A stretch of DNA of 60,738 nt, filler included, from 4 parts of 4 records of this genome joined end to end with filler, not necessarily neighbours in it; one strand, 5' to 3'; shown: positions 26,382 through 37,017, numbered from the whole stretch's first letter. The notes: generated by a model from the sequence alone, not told the origin. Numbers and translations: made by a program.

Positions 26382-29195
26382 ATGAGTAAGGTTTCCCGGA
26401 AATTCAATCTCCTACTGATTCTGTCCGTATCCCTGTCGGTACTGTTTTCTTCCATGTCCATCACCGTCTATCTTCTGATCCGTTCCGAGCGTGATCTGCA
26501 TGAGAAGGATCTTATTCATCTTCAGGGGCTGTCCGAGAATATCAGCGGTTTTCTGGACCATGCCTTTACCCTCAACTACCAGCTCTCCATCAATCCGGAG
26601 ATCAGGAACAGTATTCTGGAGGCGGAAGAGTGGGACGCCAGGGAACGCCTTTACAAGGATCTCTATGATACGGAGTCTCCTGTGGGCGAGGACAGCGGCC
26701 ATCCTCTGCTGGCCGAGCTTCAGCTGCGCTACGACTTCGTGGAGCTCTTCTTTCTCCAGGACGCCGAGGGCAATCAGAGCGCCCGGTCCTTCGGTCCCCT
26801 GGGACAGAGGGCCGACCGCTGGTGGCACAAGCGCATGGCCGAGGGCAGGGACCACGCTCCCTTTCTCTCCCATTCCTACTATTCCCTGACGGGAGCCAAG
26901 CCAGTGGCCTCTGTCTTTCATCCCGTCATGGACGGCGATCGTTTCATCGGCATCATGGGGATGGATATAAACTTCGAAAAGCTTCAGGAGCTTGTGGAAT
27001 CCTATATGGTCCTGGATGATATGTACGCCATTGTGACGGATAGGGAAGGGGTCGTCATCGCCCATCCCGACAGTCGTATGATCAGCAGCATCTACAACCT
27101 CAGGGATATGACCAGCTCCGTTCTGAAGGACGAGAACGCCCCTCTGGACGCTAACGGCTACAGGGCGCTGGAGACCTCTGCCCTGGACTGGCCGGCACAG
27201 CTGGGCGAGGCCGTAAGAAGGGCCATCGGCGGTGAGAAAGGATTCTATGAGAACGTCCCCTTTCAGGAGGGGGCCCAGAACGTCTACTTCGCCCCGATCG
27301 TTCTGTCGGGTACGGTCAATGATGAGGACGGCGACTATGTTATCCTTCTTATCCATGACAGAAGCCCCATCATCCGTACCAGGAACACCATCTTCATCTA
27401 CATATTGGTCTTTATCTTCACCATTATCCTTGCCCTCTATTTCCTGTTTCACAGACGCTTCCGGAAGAATATCCTCCACCCCCTCGAGGTTCTGATCGAT
27501 TCAATGAAGAATATCGACTTCGAGCATTTTCAGGAGATAGAGCTGGTTACGGACGATGAGTTCACCCTTCTGTCGGGAAGCTACAACAAGCTCAGGCGGA
27601 AGCTTCTGGATGCGAATTCCGAGCTGAAGCAGAAGGTGGACATCCTGAAGGAGAGCGAAAGCGGATACAAGGCCTTCGCCGAGGTCGGCCTGGCCCTTTC
27701 CACAGAGCGCAACGTCGACCGTCTGATGGAGCTTATCCTTATGGAGGCCCAGAACCTGACCCGGGCGGAGGGCGGAACCCTCTATCTCTATGATGACCGG
27801 AAGAAGGTCCTCGAGTTCTCCATCCTGAGGAATGAGGTGATGGGCTCCCACCAGGGCGGGACAAGCGGCAATCCCGTCAGTCTTCCCGCCGTCCCTATGG
27901 AGAAGGACGGAAAACCCAATACCAGCAACGTCTCGTCCTTTGCGGCCGTTACGGGGAAGGTCATCAACATCCCCGATGTCTATGATGCCGAGGAAGGGTT
28001 CGACTTCTCCGGCGTCCAGGACTATGACAGGATGAACCATTACAAGTCCCGATCCATGCTGGTGATCCCTATGAAAAATATGGAAGGGCATCTTATCGGC
28101 GTGATTCAGCTGATCAACGCCAGGGATTCGGAGAAGAGGGAGGTCCAGCCTTTCTCGGATTTTGCCGAAGGGCTGATCATCTCCCTGGCCTCCCAGGCCG
28201 CGGTAGCCCTGACCAACGTGCAGCTGAACAAGGATCTGGAGGAGCTTTTCTACGCCTTCATCAGAAGCATCGCCGCCGCCATAGACGAGAAGTCCGCCTT
28301 CACGGGAGGCCACATCCGGAGGGTCGTAAAGCTGACTATGCTGATCGCCGGGGAGCTGAACCGCGAGGGGCGGGAACAAAATGGACTGGATCTGTTCAAC
28401 GAGGAGGAGCTGGAAGAGCTGCGCCTGGCCGCCTGGATGCACGATATAGGGAAGATCACGACCCCCGAAAGCCTGATAGACAAGCAGACCAAGCTGGAGG
28501 GCATGCACGATCGCATGGAGATCATCGAGTACAGGCACAGGATGCTGGAAGCTGCTGTCGGCGGCCATGAAGGAGAGGGCGCTGAGCTGAACGAGGGGGA
28601 TCTGGAGTTTCTGAAGCAGGTGAACGGCAGCGGCGATTATCTGAGTGACGAAAAGCTGGCGCGGCTGCAGGAAATCGCCGGCAGGCGCTATACGGTGAGG
28701 GGGAGGGAGAGCTCCTATCTGACGGATGACGAGCTGCAGCGCCTTTCCATACGCCGGGGCAATCTTACCGAGGACGAACGTCGGAAGGTAGAGCATCATG
28801 CCGAGATGACCAGACTCATCCTGAATGAATTGAAATTTCCCGATAATCTGGCCCATGTGGCCGACTACGCCTCCATGCACCATGAGAAGCTGGACGGATC
28901 GGGTTATCCCCGGGGACTGAAAGGGGACGAGATCCCCCTGCAGGCCAGGGTCATCTCCGTGGCCGATATCTTCGAAGCCCTGACGGCCAAGGACAGGCCC
29001 TACCGCCGTCCCATGAAGCTGTCCCGGGCTCTGAGCATTCTGGATTTTATGGTAAAGGACGGCCATATAGACGGCGGCATACTCAAGGCCTTTGTGGAAA
29101 GCGGAGCGTTGACCGCCTATGCGGTTGATGAACTGAATGCGGATCAGATAGACAGAGATCTGCCCGCCGCCGATTCCGCAGGCGCTCAGATCTGA
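26382..29195 (+). CDS. Cache-HAMP-GAF-HD-GYP cyclic dinucleotide phosphodiesterase
   Basis: Two TM segments flanking a Cache-like domain; DEF..L HAMP; YKSRSMLVIPM..LIGVIQLIN GAF; HDIGK; HHEKLDGSGYP; ADIFEALT..RPYR. Confidence 0.9.
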   Translation: MSKVSRKFNLLLILSVSLSVLFSSMSITVYLLIRSERDLHEKDLIHLQGLSENISGFLDHAFTLNYQLSINPEIRNSILEAEEWDARERLYKDLYDTESPVGEDSGHPLLAELQLRYDFVELFFLQDAEGNQSARSFGPLGQRADRWWHKRMAEGRDHAPFLSHSYYSLTGAKPVASVFHPVMDGDRFIGIMGMDINFEKLQELVESYMVLDDMYAIVTDREGVVIAHPDSRMISSIYNLRDMTSSVLKDENAPLDANGYRALETSALDWPAQLGEAVRRAIGGEKGFYENVPFQEGAQNVYFAPIVLSGTVNDEDGDYVILLIHDRSPIIRTRNTIFIYILVFIFTIILALYFLFHRRFRKNILHPLEVLIDSMKNIDFEHFQEIELVTDDEFTLLSGSYNKLRRKLLDANSELKQKVDILKESESGYKAFAEVGLALSTERNVDRLMELILMEAQNLTRAEGGTLYLYDDRKKVLEFSILRNEVMGSHQGGTSGNPVSLPAVPMEKDGKPNTSNVSSFAAVTGKVINIPDVYDAEEGFDFSGVQDYDRMNHYKSRSMLVIPMKNMEGHLIGVIQLINARDSEKREVQPFSDFAEGLIISLASQAAVALTNVQLNKDLEELFYAFIRSIAAAIDEKSAFTGGHIRRVVKLTMLIAGELNREGREQNGLDLFNEEELEELRLAAWMHDIGKITTPESLIDKQTKLEGMHDRMEIIEYRHRMLEAAVGGHEGEGAELNEGDLEFLKQVNGSGDYLSDEKLARLQEIAGRRYTVRGRESSYLTDDELQRLSIRRGNLTEDERRKVEHHAEMTRLILNELKFPDNLAHVADYASMHHEKLDGSGYPRGLKGDEIPLQARVISVADIFEALTAKDRPYRRPMKLSRALSILDFMVKDGHIDGGILKAFVESGALTAYAVDELNADQIDRDLPAADSAGAQI

Positions 29196-30337
29196 TCGAT
29201 GAAGTCTCTGATGAAATAGAGGGACGCCCCCACCGCGACCGAATCCTTGCGATGGCTGCTGATCTGTATATACCCGTCCAGATCGTCGTAGGTGGATTTG
29301 TCAGCGGTCAGCCGGTTCAGCAGGACCAGGTCATCCTCTGTGAGGTAGTTGGCGAACTCTCCTCCCAGGATGATGGTCGTGTCCAGAAGGGAGTTCAGGC
29401 TGTCCAGGGCGGTGCCCAGGGTTTCGAGGAAATCCTTCCATCTGGCCGTATGCTCCGGGGAATCTCCCTCACGCATGATGCGGAAGAAGTCTTCAATGTC
29501 CTCCCCCTGTTCCAGGAGGGCGTCGATGGAACAGTAGGTGTCCATGCATCCCTTCCTTCCGCAGTAGCACTGACGGCCGTCCGGTACCAGCCTGACATGC
29601 TCGGCGGCTCCGCCGTGGCCGTGATCGCCCATGATGATCTGACGGCCCAGGATCCTGGCGCCTCCCAGGTGGTGGGCCATGGATATGTAGAGGGCGTCGC
29701 TGATATCCTTGTTGAACCAGAGCTCGGCGTTGGCCGCGCATTTGGCGTCGTGGAAGAAGGAGCAGGGGTAGTTGAGGTACTGGGAGAAGGCTGTGATCTC
29801 CAGGCCCGTATTGCCCATGATCTTGCCGAAGCTTATGCGGGAGCCGTCGACGGAGGTCAGCCCCTGCATGGTAAAGGATACCCCCAGGATCTGATCCGAC
29901 AGATAGTCCCTGTCCAGTATGAAATCCTTGACCGCATAGGCCACTTCCCTGTAGTATCCGTCGGTATTCTTATACTCGATAGGGGTTCTCACGCTGCTGA
30001 GGACCAATCCCTTCAGGTCGACGCTGACGATCCTTATCTCCCTGTTCTGTATCTCCACTCCGATGGATATCCGGGCTTCCGCACAGATCACGTAGGCCGC
30101 GGCTCTCCGGCCGACGGAGGACTCGAAGTGACCTTCCTTCGTAATCAGTCCGTTCTCTTCCAGCTGAATCAGCTTCTGGGAGACCGTGGGAAGGCTCAGG
30201 TTCAGGCTGGAGGCTATTTCCTGCTTGGAAATCTTGCCCGCGCCATAGATGAGCTTATAGATCAGAGAGCGATTGTTTCTTCTGATATCTGATACGGTCA
30301 TGTTCTTCTTCATCTTATCATCTTCTCTCTTCCGCAT
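29186..30337 (-). CDS. ROK family transcriptional repressor
   Basis: N-terminal HTH (SKQEIASSLNLSLPTVS; GRRA); CYCGRKGC zinc motif. Start may be a few codons downstream. Confidence 0.9.
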   Translation of the reverse strand: MRKREDDKMKKNMTVSDIRRNNRSLIYKLIYGAGKISKQEIASSLNLSLPTVSQKLIQLEENGLITKEGHFESSVGRRAAAYVICAEARISIGVEIQNREIRIVSVDLKGLVLSSVRTPIEYKNTDGYYREVAYAVKDFILDRDYLSDQILGVSFTMQGLTSVDGSRISFGKIMGNTGLEITAFSQYLNYPCSFFHDAKCAANAELWFNKDISDALYISMAHHLGGARILGRQIIMGDHGHGGAAEHVRLVPDGRQCYCGRKGCMDTYCSIDALLEQGEDIEDFFRIMREGDSPEHTARWKDFLETLGTALDSLNSLLDTTIILGGEFANYLTEDDLVLLNRLTADKSTYDDLDGYIQISSHRKDSVAVGASLYFIRDFIDQI

Positions 30338-30497
30338 TGGATCGCGGGGGTTCCGGCTCTGTATGGAAATATTAGCACACTATGGAAGAATTAACAGCTC
30401 TTATCTATTATATCAGGGAGTGGCTGGGGCGGCCGGTGGCGAGGAACGGGCTGTCCCTCCGGCTCGTCAGGAAGACGGAAGGACCAATCCCGTGACC

Positions 30498-31274
30498 TCA
30501 GAAACAGGTAAAAGCGCCGTCGATAATGAAATCGGAACCGGTCGTGAATGAGCTAGTATCGCCGGCAAGGTATACGGCGATGGACTGAAGCTCTTCGGGT
30601 TTGCCCAGGCGGCCCATGGGCGCCATATCGTTCCATTTCTCGATAAGGGGCTTCAGGCTGGGAGAGCCCAGGGTCAGTTCGGTACCGATGTATCCGGGGC
30701 TGATGCTGTTGACCCGGACGCCCCGTTTGGCGTATTCGACGGCCATGGATTTTGTCAGCTGTATGACACCGGCCTTGGAGGCGTTGTAGGAACACTGGGG
30801 CTGGGGCACGTTCACGATGTGGCCGGACATGGAGGCGGTGTTGACGATGGAACCGCATCCCTGCCTGAGCATCTGCTTCGCCGCGGCCTGGGCGGTGAGG
30901 AAAACACCTGTCAGATTGATATCGATAACCTTCTTCCACTGCTCCAGAGTCATCTCTTCGCTGGGGATGTTCATGCAGATGCCCGCATTGCAGAAGGCCG
31001 CGTCCAGTTTGCCGAAGGTATCCACCACGGTTTTCATCATGTCGTCCACGTCTTCCTGAACCGTAGCGTCCGCTTTGACCGCGATTGTCCTGACGCCCTG
31101 TTCCGCGGCGATGGCGTCGGCGGTTTTCCGAGCCTCTTCTATATCGATATCTATTATGGCCACATCGCTTCCCGCCTCGGCGAGTGCGATGGCGATCTGC
31201 TTCCCTATGCCCCTGGCCCCTCCTGTGACGAAAGAGGCTTTTCCGTCGAGGCGCATCCTTTCAATGATTCCCAT
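30498..31274 (-). CDS. SDR oxidoreductase, polyol/ketose dehydrogenase-like
   Basis: TGGARGIG; NAG; SMSGHIVNVPQPQCSYNASK; VNSISPGYI. Confidence 0.9.
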   Translation of the reverse strand: MGIIERMRLDGKASFVTGGARGIGKQIAIALAEAGSDVAIIDIDIEEARKTADAIAAEQGVRTIAVKADATVQEDVDDMMKTVVDTFGKLDAAFCNAGICMNIPSEEMTLEQWKKVIDINLTGVFLTAQAAAKQMLRQGCGSIVNTASMSGHIVNVPQPQCSYNASKAGVIQLTKSMAVEYAKRGVRVNSISPGYIGTELTLGSPSLKPLIEKWNDMAPMGRLGKPEELQSIAVYLAGDTSSFTTGSDFIIDGAFTCF

Positions 31275-31305
31275 AATAAACTCCTGATTATATACATATA
31301 GTTAA

Positions 31306-31362
31306 ATAAAGTAGATTTATAAAATTGATTATACAATAGGGCTGTCCTACTACATTTGTCAA
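31306..31362 (-). promoter_or_regulatory. Sigma70 promoter plus candidate ROK operator for the SDR gene
   Basis: TTGACA-N18-TATTGT on the minus strand (31362-31333); site ATAAAgtagATTTATAAAAT at 31306-31325. Confidence 0.6.
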
Positions 31363-31468
31363 GGAAAGAATGGAAGGAGAGGGGAATAAATAAAAAAATA
31401 TTGAATAAATAATTATCAAACAATGGGTTATGGATTTGGTAATGATTAAAAAACATGAAAACTTTTTC

Positions 31469-31525
31469 TTGACAACTGAGATTTTTGGTTATAGCATGCT
31501 ATTTCATAAAACGTATTTACAAAAT
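31469..31525 (+). promoter_or_regulatory. Sigma70 promoter plus candidate ROK operator for the ABC operon
   Basis: TTGACA-N17-TAGCAT (31469-31497); site ATAAAacgtATTTACAAAAT at 31506-31525. Confidence 0.65.
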
Positions 31526-31632
31526 ATATATCCAAAATATTTGGGTACATATGGAGTGGGTATGAGTTTTACTTCTATGGATAAATGGATTGCTAGAAAA
31601 ATTCATTTTGAAAAAATATTTGGAGGACAAGT

Positions 31633-32592
31633 ATGAAAAAGATTATCACTTTGATGCTGACAGCCCTAATCTGCGTCAGCGCTTTCGCCGAGGGACAGCA
31701 GGACGACGGAACCCTTAAAGTCGGCGTTACCATCCAGTCCCTGGAGAACAGCTACTGGGCCGGTGTTTTCGGTGAGGTTGAGACCCTGATGGACGCCAAG
31801 GGCTGGGACTACACCATCCTGAGCTGCAAAGACAACTCTGCCACACAGATCCAGCAGATTGAAAACTTCATCACCAACCAGGTCGACCTGATCATGGTTC
31901 ACCCCTCTGATCCCCACGCCCTGGAAGATTACCTTGCCAACGCCAGAGAGCAGGGCATCAAGGTCATGTGCTGGGACGACAAGATGAAGAACACCGATGT
32001 GAACTGGGTTCTGGACAACACCGAACTGGGTTACACCATCGGTAAGGCGGCCGCCGAGTTCATCAATGCCAACTACAGCACTTCCTCTCCCGTAGAGGTA
32101 GCCGTAATGAACTATCCCCAGACTCCCATCCTTCTGGAAAGAGAGACCGGTATCCTGACCGCTCTTGCCGACCTGTCCGCCGGCAAGTACAACGTTGTCG
32201 CCCAGCAGCCCGCCATCGACGCTGCCAGCGCTCTGTCCAACATGGAGTCCATCTTCCAGGCTTATCCCGATGTCAAGGTCGTATGTTCCATCGGAGCCGG
32301 CGGAGACATCGGAGCCAACGAGGCTTTCATGACCAGAACCGGCGGAAAGGTTCCCGCAAACGTAGGTATCTTCTCTGCCGACGCGACCCAGCAGCAGCTC
32401 GAGGCCATCGTCGCCGGACAGGCTTCCAGGGCTTCCGTAGGTTTCGAAGGTTCCAACCTGAAGACCGCCGAGGCTGTTGTCGCTCTGTACGAAAAGCTGC
32501 TGAACGGCGAAACCTTCGCCGACCAGAACATCTACAGACCTCTTCTTACCATCGACGCAGACAATGCAGAAGAGTACCTGGCCGACTATTAA
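31633..32592 (+). CDS. Sugar ABC transporter substrate-binding protein (RbsB-like)
   Basis: Signal peptide ending FAEGQQD; QIQQIENFITNQVDLIMVHP; GGAGG RBS. Confidence 0.9.
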   Translation: MKKIITLMLTALICVSAFAEGQQDDGTLKVGVTIQSLENSYWAGVFGEVETLMDAKGWDYTILSCKDNSATQIQQIENFITNQVDLIMVHPSDPHALEDYLANAREQGIKVMCWDDKMKNTDVNWVLDNTELGYTIGKAAAEFINANYSTSSPVEVAVMNYPQTPILLERETGILTALADLSAGKYNVVAQQPAIDAASALSNMESIFQAYPDVKVVCSIGAGGDIGANEAFMTRTGGKVPANVGIFSADATQQQLEAIVAGQASRASVGFEGSNLKTAEAVVALYEKLLNGETFADQNIYRPLLTIDADNAEEYLADY

Positions 32593-32620
32593 GATCTGAT
32601 CTTGCTTTAGTCTGATCGGG

Positions 32621-32651
32621 GGCAATCGCTTCGGCTGCCGGGGCGGTTGCC
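32621..32651 (+). other. Intercistronic stem-loop after the binding-protein gene
   Basis: GGCAATCGCTTCGG-CTG-CCGGGGCGGTTGCC with G-U pairs; no long U tail. Confidence 0.55.
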
Positions 32652-32675
32652 TTATTTAATGAGAGAGTACGCTAT

Positions 32676-32803
32676 ATGAGTGAAGAGTATATTTTACAAT
32701 TAAAAAATATTAGAAAAGAGTACCCCGGCGTTGTGGCACTGAAGGACGTTTCGCTGAACGTGAAGCCCGGTGAGATCCTCGGACTGATCGGAGAAAACGG
32801 TGC
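32676..32803 (+). CDS. Sugar ABC transporter ATPase, 5' fragment (truncated by contig end)
   Basis: MSEEYILQLKNIRKEYPGVVALKDVSLNVKPGEILGLIGENG. Confidence 0.9.
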
Positions 32804-32903
32804 NNNNNNNNNNNNNNNNNNNNNNNNNNNNNNNNNNNNNNNNNNNNTTAATTAATTAANNNNNNNNNNNNNNNNNNNNNNNNNNNNNNNNNNNNNNNNN
32901 NNN
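32804..32903. other. Artificial contig spacer
   Basis: N-run + TTAATTAATTAA + N-run. Confidence 0.97.
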
Positions 32904-33130
32904 GCTTCCATGATGCCGGGGCCACCGCCGGTAATAATGGTGAATCCATCTGCCGTGAGCAGCGAGGCTGTATGCATTGCAGCCTGGTAATAGGGCGAGC
33001 CTTCCTCAAAGCGGGCACCTCCGAAAATAGAGACACCTTGGCCGACATCGTTGAGGGTGTCAATGCCGTCTATCAGTTCAGCCTGGATTCGGAAAATCCG
33101 CCAGGCTTCAGAAGTCTTCAGGTCATCCAT
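32904..33130 (-). CDS. LOG family (TIGR00730-type) protein, 5' fragment
   Basis: WRIFRIQAELIDG; VSIFGGAR; ITGGGPGIME. Confidence 0.88.
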
Positions 33131-33150
33131 AGCGCAACCGATGAGAGGTA

Positions 33151-33178
33151 AGTCCCGGCAGGGTACCCTGCCGGGACT
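33151..33178. repeat. Perfect 28-bp palindrome
   Basis: AGTCCCGGCAGGGT|ACCCTGCCGGGACT. Confidence 0.9.
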
Positions 33179-33200
33179 GGTGTAATAATACTATACTATT

Positions 33201-34820
33201 CTATAGTAATCCTTCAAAGAAGTCATTGCCCTTATCATCAACCAGGATGAAAGCTGGGAAGTTGACAACTTCAATCTTCCAAACTGCTTCCATGCCTAAT
33301 TCTGGATAATCAAGACATTCGACTTTGGTGATGTTTTCTTCGGCAAGCAGTGCTGCCGGACCACCGATGGAACCAAGATAAAAACCGCCGTGCTTTTTAC
33401 AGGCGTCAGTCACCTGCTGCGAACGGTTACCTTTGGCGATCATGACCATGGCACCGCCTTTGCCTTGAAGAAGATCCACATAGGAGTCCATACGGCCGGC
33501 AGTGGTGGGACCAAAAGAACCTGATGGTTTGCCTTCGGGGGTCTTAGCTGGACCTGCGTAGTAAACAGGATGGTGCTTAAGGTAATCAGGCAAGGGCTTA
33601 CCACTGTCAAGCAGTTCTTTCCACTTAGCATGAGCAATATCGCGGCCAACAATGATGGTTCCTGTCAGGGAGAGCGCTGTTGATACAGGATACTGGGTCA
33701 ACTCAGCCAATACTTTTTCCATGGGCTGGTTCAGGTCAACTTTGACAACCTGTGATGAATCACGGTTACGGTACTCATCTGGAATCAGGCGACCTGGATT
33801 GGAATCCATCTGCTCAAGCCAAAAACCATCTTTGTTGATTTTTGCTTTAATGTTACGGTCTGCAGAACAGGATACTCCCATGCCTACAGGACAGGAGGCG
33901 CCATGACGAGACATTCGAACGACTCTGATGTCATGGGCAAAGTATTTGCCGCCAAACTGAGCGCCCAGGCCGAGTTCTTGTGCCGCCTCAAGAAGCTCTG
34001 CTTCCAGCTCCAGATCTCTGAAAGCGCGACCATGCTCATTACCGCTGGTTGGAAGATTGTCGAGGTATTTGGTGGAAGCAAGCTTGACCGTCTTCAGATT
34101 GGATTCCGCGCTGGTGCCGCCGATGGCAAAAGCGATGTGATAAGGAGGACAAGCCGCAGTACCGAGGGTCTTCATCTTTTCAATCAGGAATTTTTTCAAT
34201 GTTCCTGGGTTGAGCAGGGCTTTGGTTTCCTGGTAGAGATAGGTTTTGTTGGCACTGCCGCCGCCCTTGGCAATGAAAAGGAATTTGTACTCATCGCCTT
34301 GTGTCGCATATATATCAATTTGTGCAGGCAGGTTGCACTTTGTGTTGACCTCATCATACATGTTCAAAGGTGCATTCTGAGAGTAACGCAGGTTTTCGTT
34401 GGTGTAGGTGGTGTAAACTCCAGCTGAAATCTGTTCAGCATCATCACATCCGGTCCAGACATTCTGGCCTTTTTTACCGACAACACATGCAGTACCCGTG
34501 TCTTGACAAAAAGGAAGGACAAATGTTGAGGCGACTTCCGCGTTTCTCAACATTGCCAGTGCCACTTGCTTGTCATTGTCAGAGGCATCAGGATCGCTGA
34601 AAATTTTTGCTACACTTTCGTTGTGAGCCGGCCTGAGTAAGAAGGATACTTCACGCATTGCCATGTTAGACAGTTCTTTGATGCCTTCCGGTGCAATTTT
34701 CAGCACTTGCTCACCATTGAACTCTTCTACAGAGACGTATTTTTCAGACCCTTCGATTTTTCTGAATGTGGTTTCATCTTTTCCCAGTGGGAACGGATCT
34801 TGGTACACAAAGTCTGCCAT
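33201..34820 (-). CDS. fumA: Class I (Fe-S) fumarate hydratase, FumA/FumB type
   Basis: [46 protein letters not shown]. Confidence 0.95.
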   Translation of the reverse strand: MADFVYQDPFPLGKDETTFRKIEGSEKYVSVEEFNGEQVLKIAPEGIKELSNMAMREVSFLLRPAHNESVAKIFSDPDASDNDKQVALAMLRNAEVASTFVLPFCQDTGTACVVGKKGQNVWTGCDDAEQISAGVYTTYTNENLRYSQNAPLNMYDEVNTKCNLPAQIDIYATQGDEYKFLFIAKGGGSANKTYLYQETKALLNPGTLKKFLIEKMKTLGTAACPPYHIAFAIGGTSAESNLKTVKLASTKYLDNLPTSGNEHGRAFRDLELEAELLEAAQELGLGAQFGGKYFAHDIRVVRMSRHGASCPVGMGVSCSADRNIKAKINKDGFWLEQMDSNPGRLIPDEYRNRDSSQVVKVDLNQPMEKVLAELTQYPVSTALSLTGTIIVGRDIAHAKWKELLDSGKPLPDYLKHHPVYYAGPAKTPEGKPSGSFGPTTAGRMDSYVDLLQGKGGAMVMIAKGNRSQQVTDACKKHGGFYLGSIGGPAALLAEENITKVECLDYPELGMEAVWKIEVVNFPAFILVDDKGNDFFEGLL

Positions 34821-35075
34821 GATGTTACTCCTTGTTCGTTGAATAAAATGGAACCGGCCGTTTAAAAACCGGGATATTCAAAAAGGTTCACCCCCTTTTT
34901 AGAAAACAACATAACGTCGGGGCGCATCTACAATATATGGGAGGTAGTGGAGCCCGACGTTCACAGCCATCCTTTTTTACTCCGCTCGCCTAACAAAGGC
35001 AAGAGGCTGGCTGAATAAAGTTATTTTTTCCTGGAAAAACCGGGTAATGGAGGTGAATGGTGATTCATGTTTTTC

Positions 35076-35912
35076 TTACTCAGGACTGAAACAACATCCC
35101 ACAGAGGAGAAGAAAAAGCGTTTACCGAATCGATGGTGCAGTTTGGCGGTGTTGCTGAGGCCAGTACAGTGGGAGGCACCAATTTTTTGAATATTGAAGT
35201 CGTCCAGCGCTTCTACTGTAGCCTCGAATTGGCCGTCATCGGCAAAACCAAGGTGGGTGCCGCCAAAGACTGCATATATATTTTCTCCCGGAAACTGTTT
35301 GTTTACATGGGTGAGGATGTTTATCAGGCCTGCATGGGCACAGCCAAGGATGATGACTAACCCTTTGTCGGTGCGTATTACCAGAGATTGATCATCGAGA
35401 AGGGTATCCTGTTGCCATTGGCCCTGCAGGTCTTTGATTTTCATGAAGGGGTCAGGTTGTTCAAATGAAGAGACTCGAGGTATTTCGCCGGTTAGGAATA
35501 CATTGTCAGCTATTTCGGTTAACTGGGTGTTGGGTACAAAGACTGCGCCCAGTGATTCCAGGTATTCTTTTTTATAGCGAATGCCGATTTCCCTGCACTC
35601 GTTATCTTTTGTCCAGTACCTGTTGGTGAAACAGTCAGGGTGAAGGTATACTTTTTTATTTCCAGTACTGTGCAGGACATCCGGGAGCCCAGAAGTGTGG
35701 TCATAGTGGCCATGGCTGATGACAATGGCATCAATGTTCTTGAGGTCAATATTGAGGAGTTTGCTGTTATGGAGCAGCCCTAATCCTTGGCCGGTATCAA
35801 ATAAAAGGTTCTTATCACCAGCCTTGATGTGGACAGCCCATCCATGTTCGCCGATAAACCCCAGTGAGCCTGCTACTGAATTTTCACAGAGTACCGTACA
35901 GTCACATTGCAT
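35076..35912 (-). CDS. MBL-fold metallo-hydrolase
   Basis: EHGW; LLFDTG; SHGHYDHTSG; DDQSL; GCAHAG; GGTHL; HCTG. Confidence 0.92.
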   Translation of the reverse strand: MQCDCTVLCENSVAGSLGFIGEHGWAVHIKAGDKNLLFDTGQGLGLLHNSKLLNIDLKNIDAIVISHGHYDHTSGLPDVLHSTGNKKVYLHPDCFTNRYWTKDNECREIGIRYKKEYLESLGAVFVPNTQLTEIADNVFLTGEIPRVSSFEQPDPFMKIKDLQGQWQQDTLLDDQSLVIRTDKGLVIILGCAHAGLINILTHVNKQFPGENIYAVFGGTHLGFADDGQFEATVEALDDFNIQKIGASHCTGLSNTAKLHHRFGKRFFFSSVGCCFSPE

Positions 35913-36090
35913 ATACTTATCCTCCTTATGGCTCTGATGATGAGCCTGCTGACTTGATTATTATTTTTTGCCGTTCAGATTACCCCTTATTATTAAAGAG
36001 AGCATGAAGAAAAAAACTTTTTATTTTACCACTGGGACTGTCGACGAGCCGTTAGTCTCTTGAGGAAACAAGCATTTTGCAACTCAATTC

Positions 36091-36470
36091 CTAAGCCAGT
36101 CGTATAACCGGAGCTGTGTCTTCCTGGAAATATCCTGTGTTACTGATGGTAGCCCCTGATTTCTCTTTAACAGATGTTTGGCCAACCGGGGGGGATGGCA
36201 GGCTATACGTCCAACTCGGTTCGACAAAAAACTGTGGACTGGACAAACCCATTACCTGTTTTAGTAATCCCCGTATGCTGTGTATTGGTTCCAGTTGAAT
36301 GCGTCGAAGGTTTAACGTCTTGAATATATCAAAAAAAATCTTGGAGTTGGTAACCCTCTTTAGGCTGCCAAGCTCTGTTGCGGCCGTTAATGCTGTTAAT
36401 TTGTCAACACCGCTTAACGTTTGGATAAGCAAAAGGAATAAACCATACTGCCAGATCGTGAAGAGGGGTC
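36091..36470 (-). mobile_element. IS110 family transposase remnant (frameshifted C-terminal half)
   Basis: Across shifting frames: IQTLSGVDKLTALTAATELG; PSTHSTG...GITKTGNG; VEPSWTY; LLKRNQGLPSVTQDISRKTQLRL. Confidence 0.75.
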
Positions 36471-37017
36471 CGTTTGAGCGTTGAAGGCTGACCGAGTCCA
36501 GAATTTATCACATCCTTCTTAACGCTGCCAAAGCCTAGTTTGAGAATAATTTTCTTTCCAATTTTCACATTTCTTGCACATTTTGTTCATATTTCCTGCG
36601 ATCTTCCAGGTTAAGATTCCAAGGTAGAAAAGGAAAAGTTTGGTGCTTTTGATAACCAAATACTGACTTTTTACGAATTAACTAAATAGTAATAACGGTA
36701 TCTATAAGGTCTGTGCGACATTGGGTTCTCTTTCCTTTACTTCACTCCTACGTCGTGTAGACCACCTAGTACCTTTTACTTAACAATTGTGCTTTTTTTA
36801 TAGAGGATCCGTTTGTGAAACTAACTGAGATCATTGAGTTTATTCCATAAGGAGGGCAACCCCCCCCCCAAAAAAAAAAAAAATAGTCTGGAAACTATCC
36901 ATCCGAGGGGGAAAACTTGTCTTTAGTAAGTAAGATTCCACTTAAGGGAACTGAATTCTCCAGTGAGATTACGTGTTCTTGTAGCCGCTAATTCCATTAA
37001 CCAGCGGGGTAACCTTA

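Noticed and set aside
26412-29066. Long antisense ORFs (355 aa and 521 aa)
   Set aside because: Shadows of the GC-rich HD-GYP gene; no recognisable motifs
29252-32625. 346-aa and 319-aa ORFs opposite the ROK and binding-protein genes
   Set aside because: Antisense shadows caused by codon bias
36032-36050. CTGGGACTGTCGACGAGCC as a possible IS end
   Set aside because: No matching inverted partner or associated transposase found by eye
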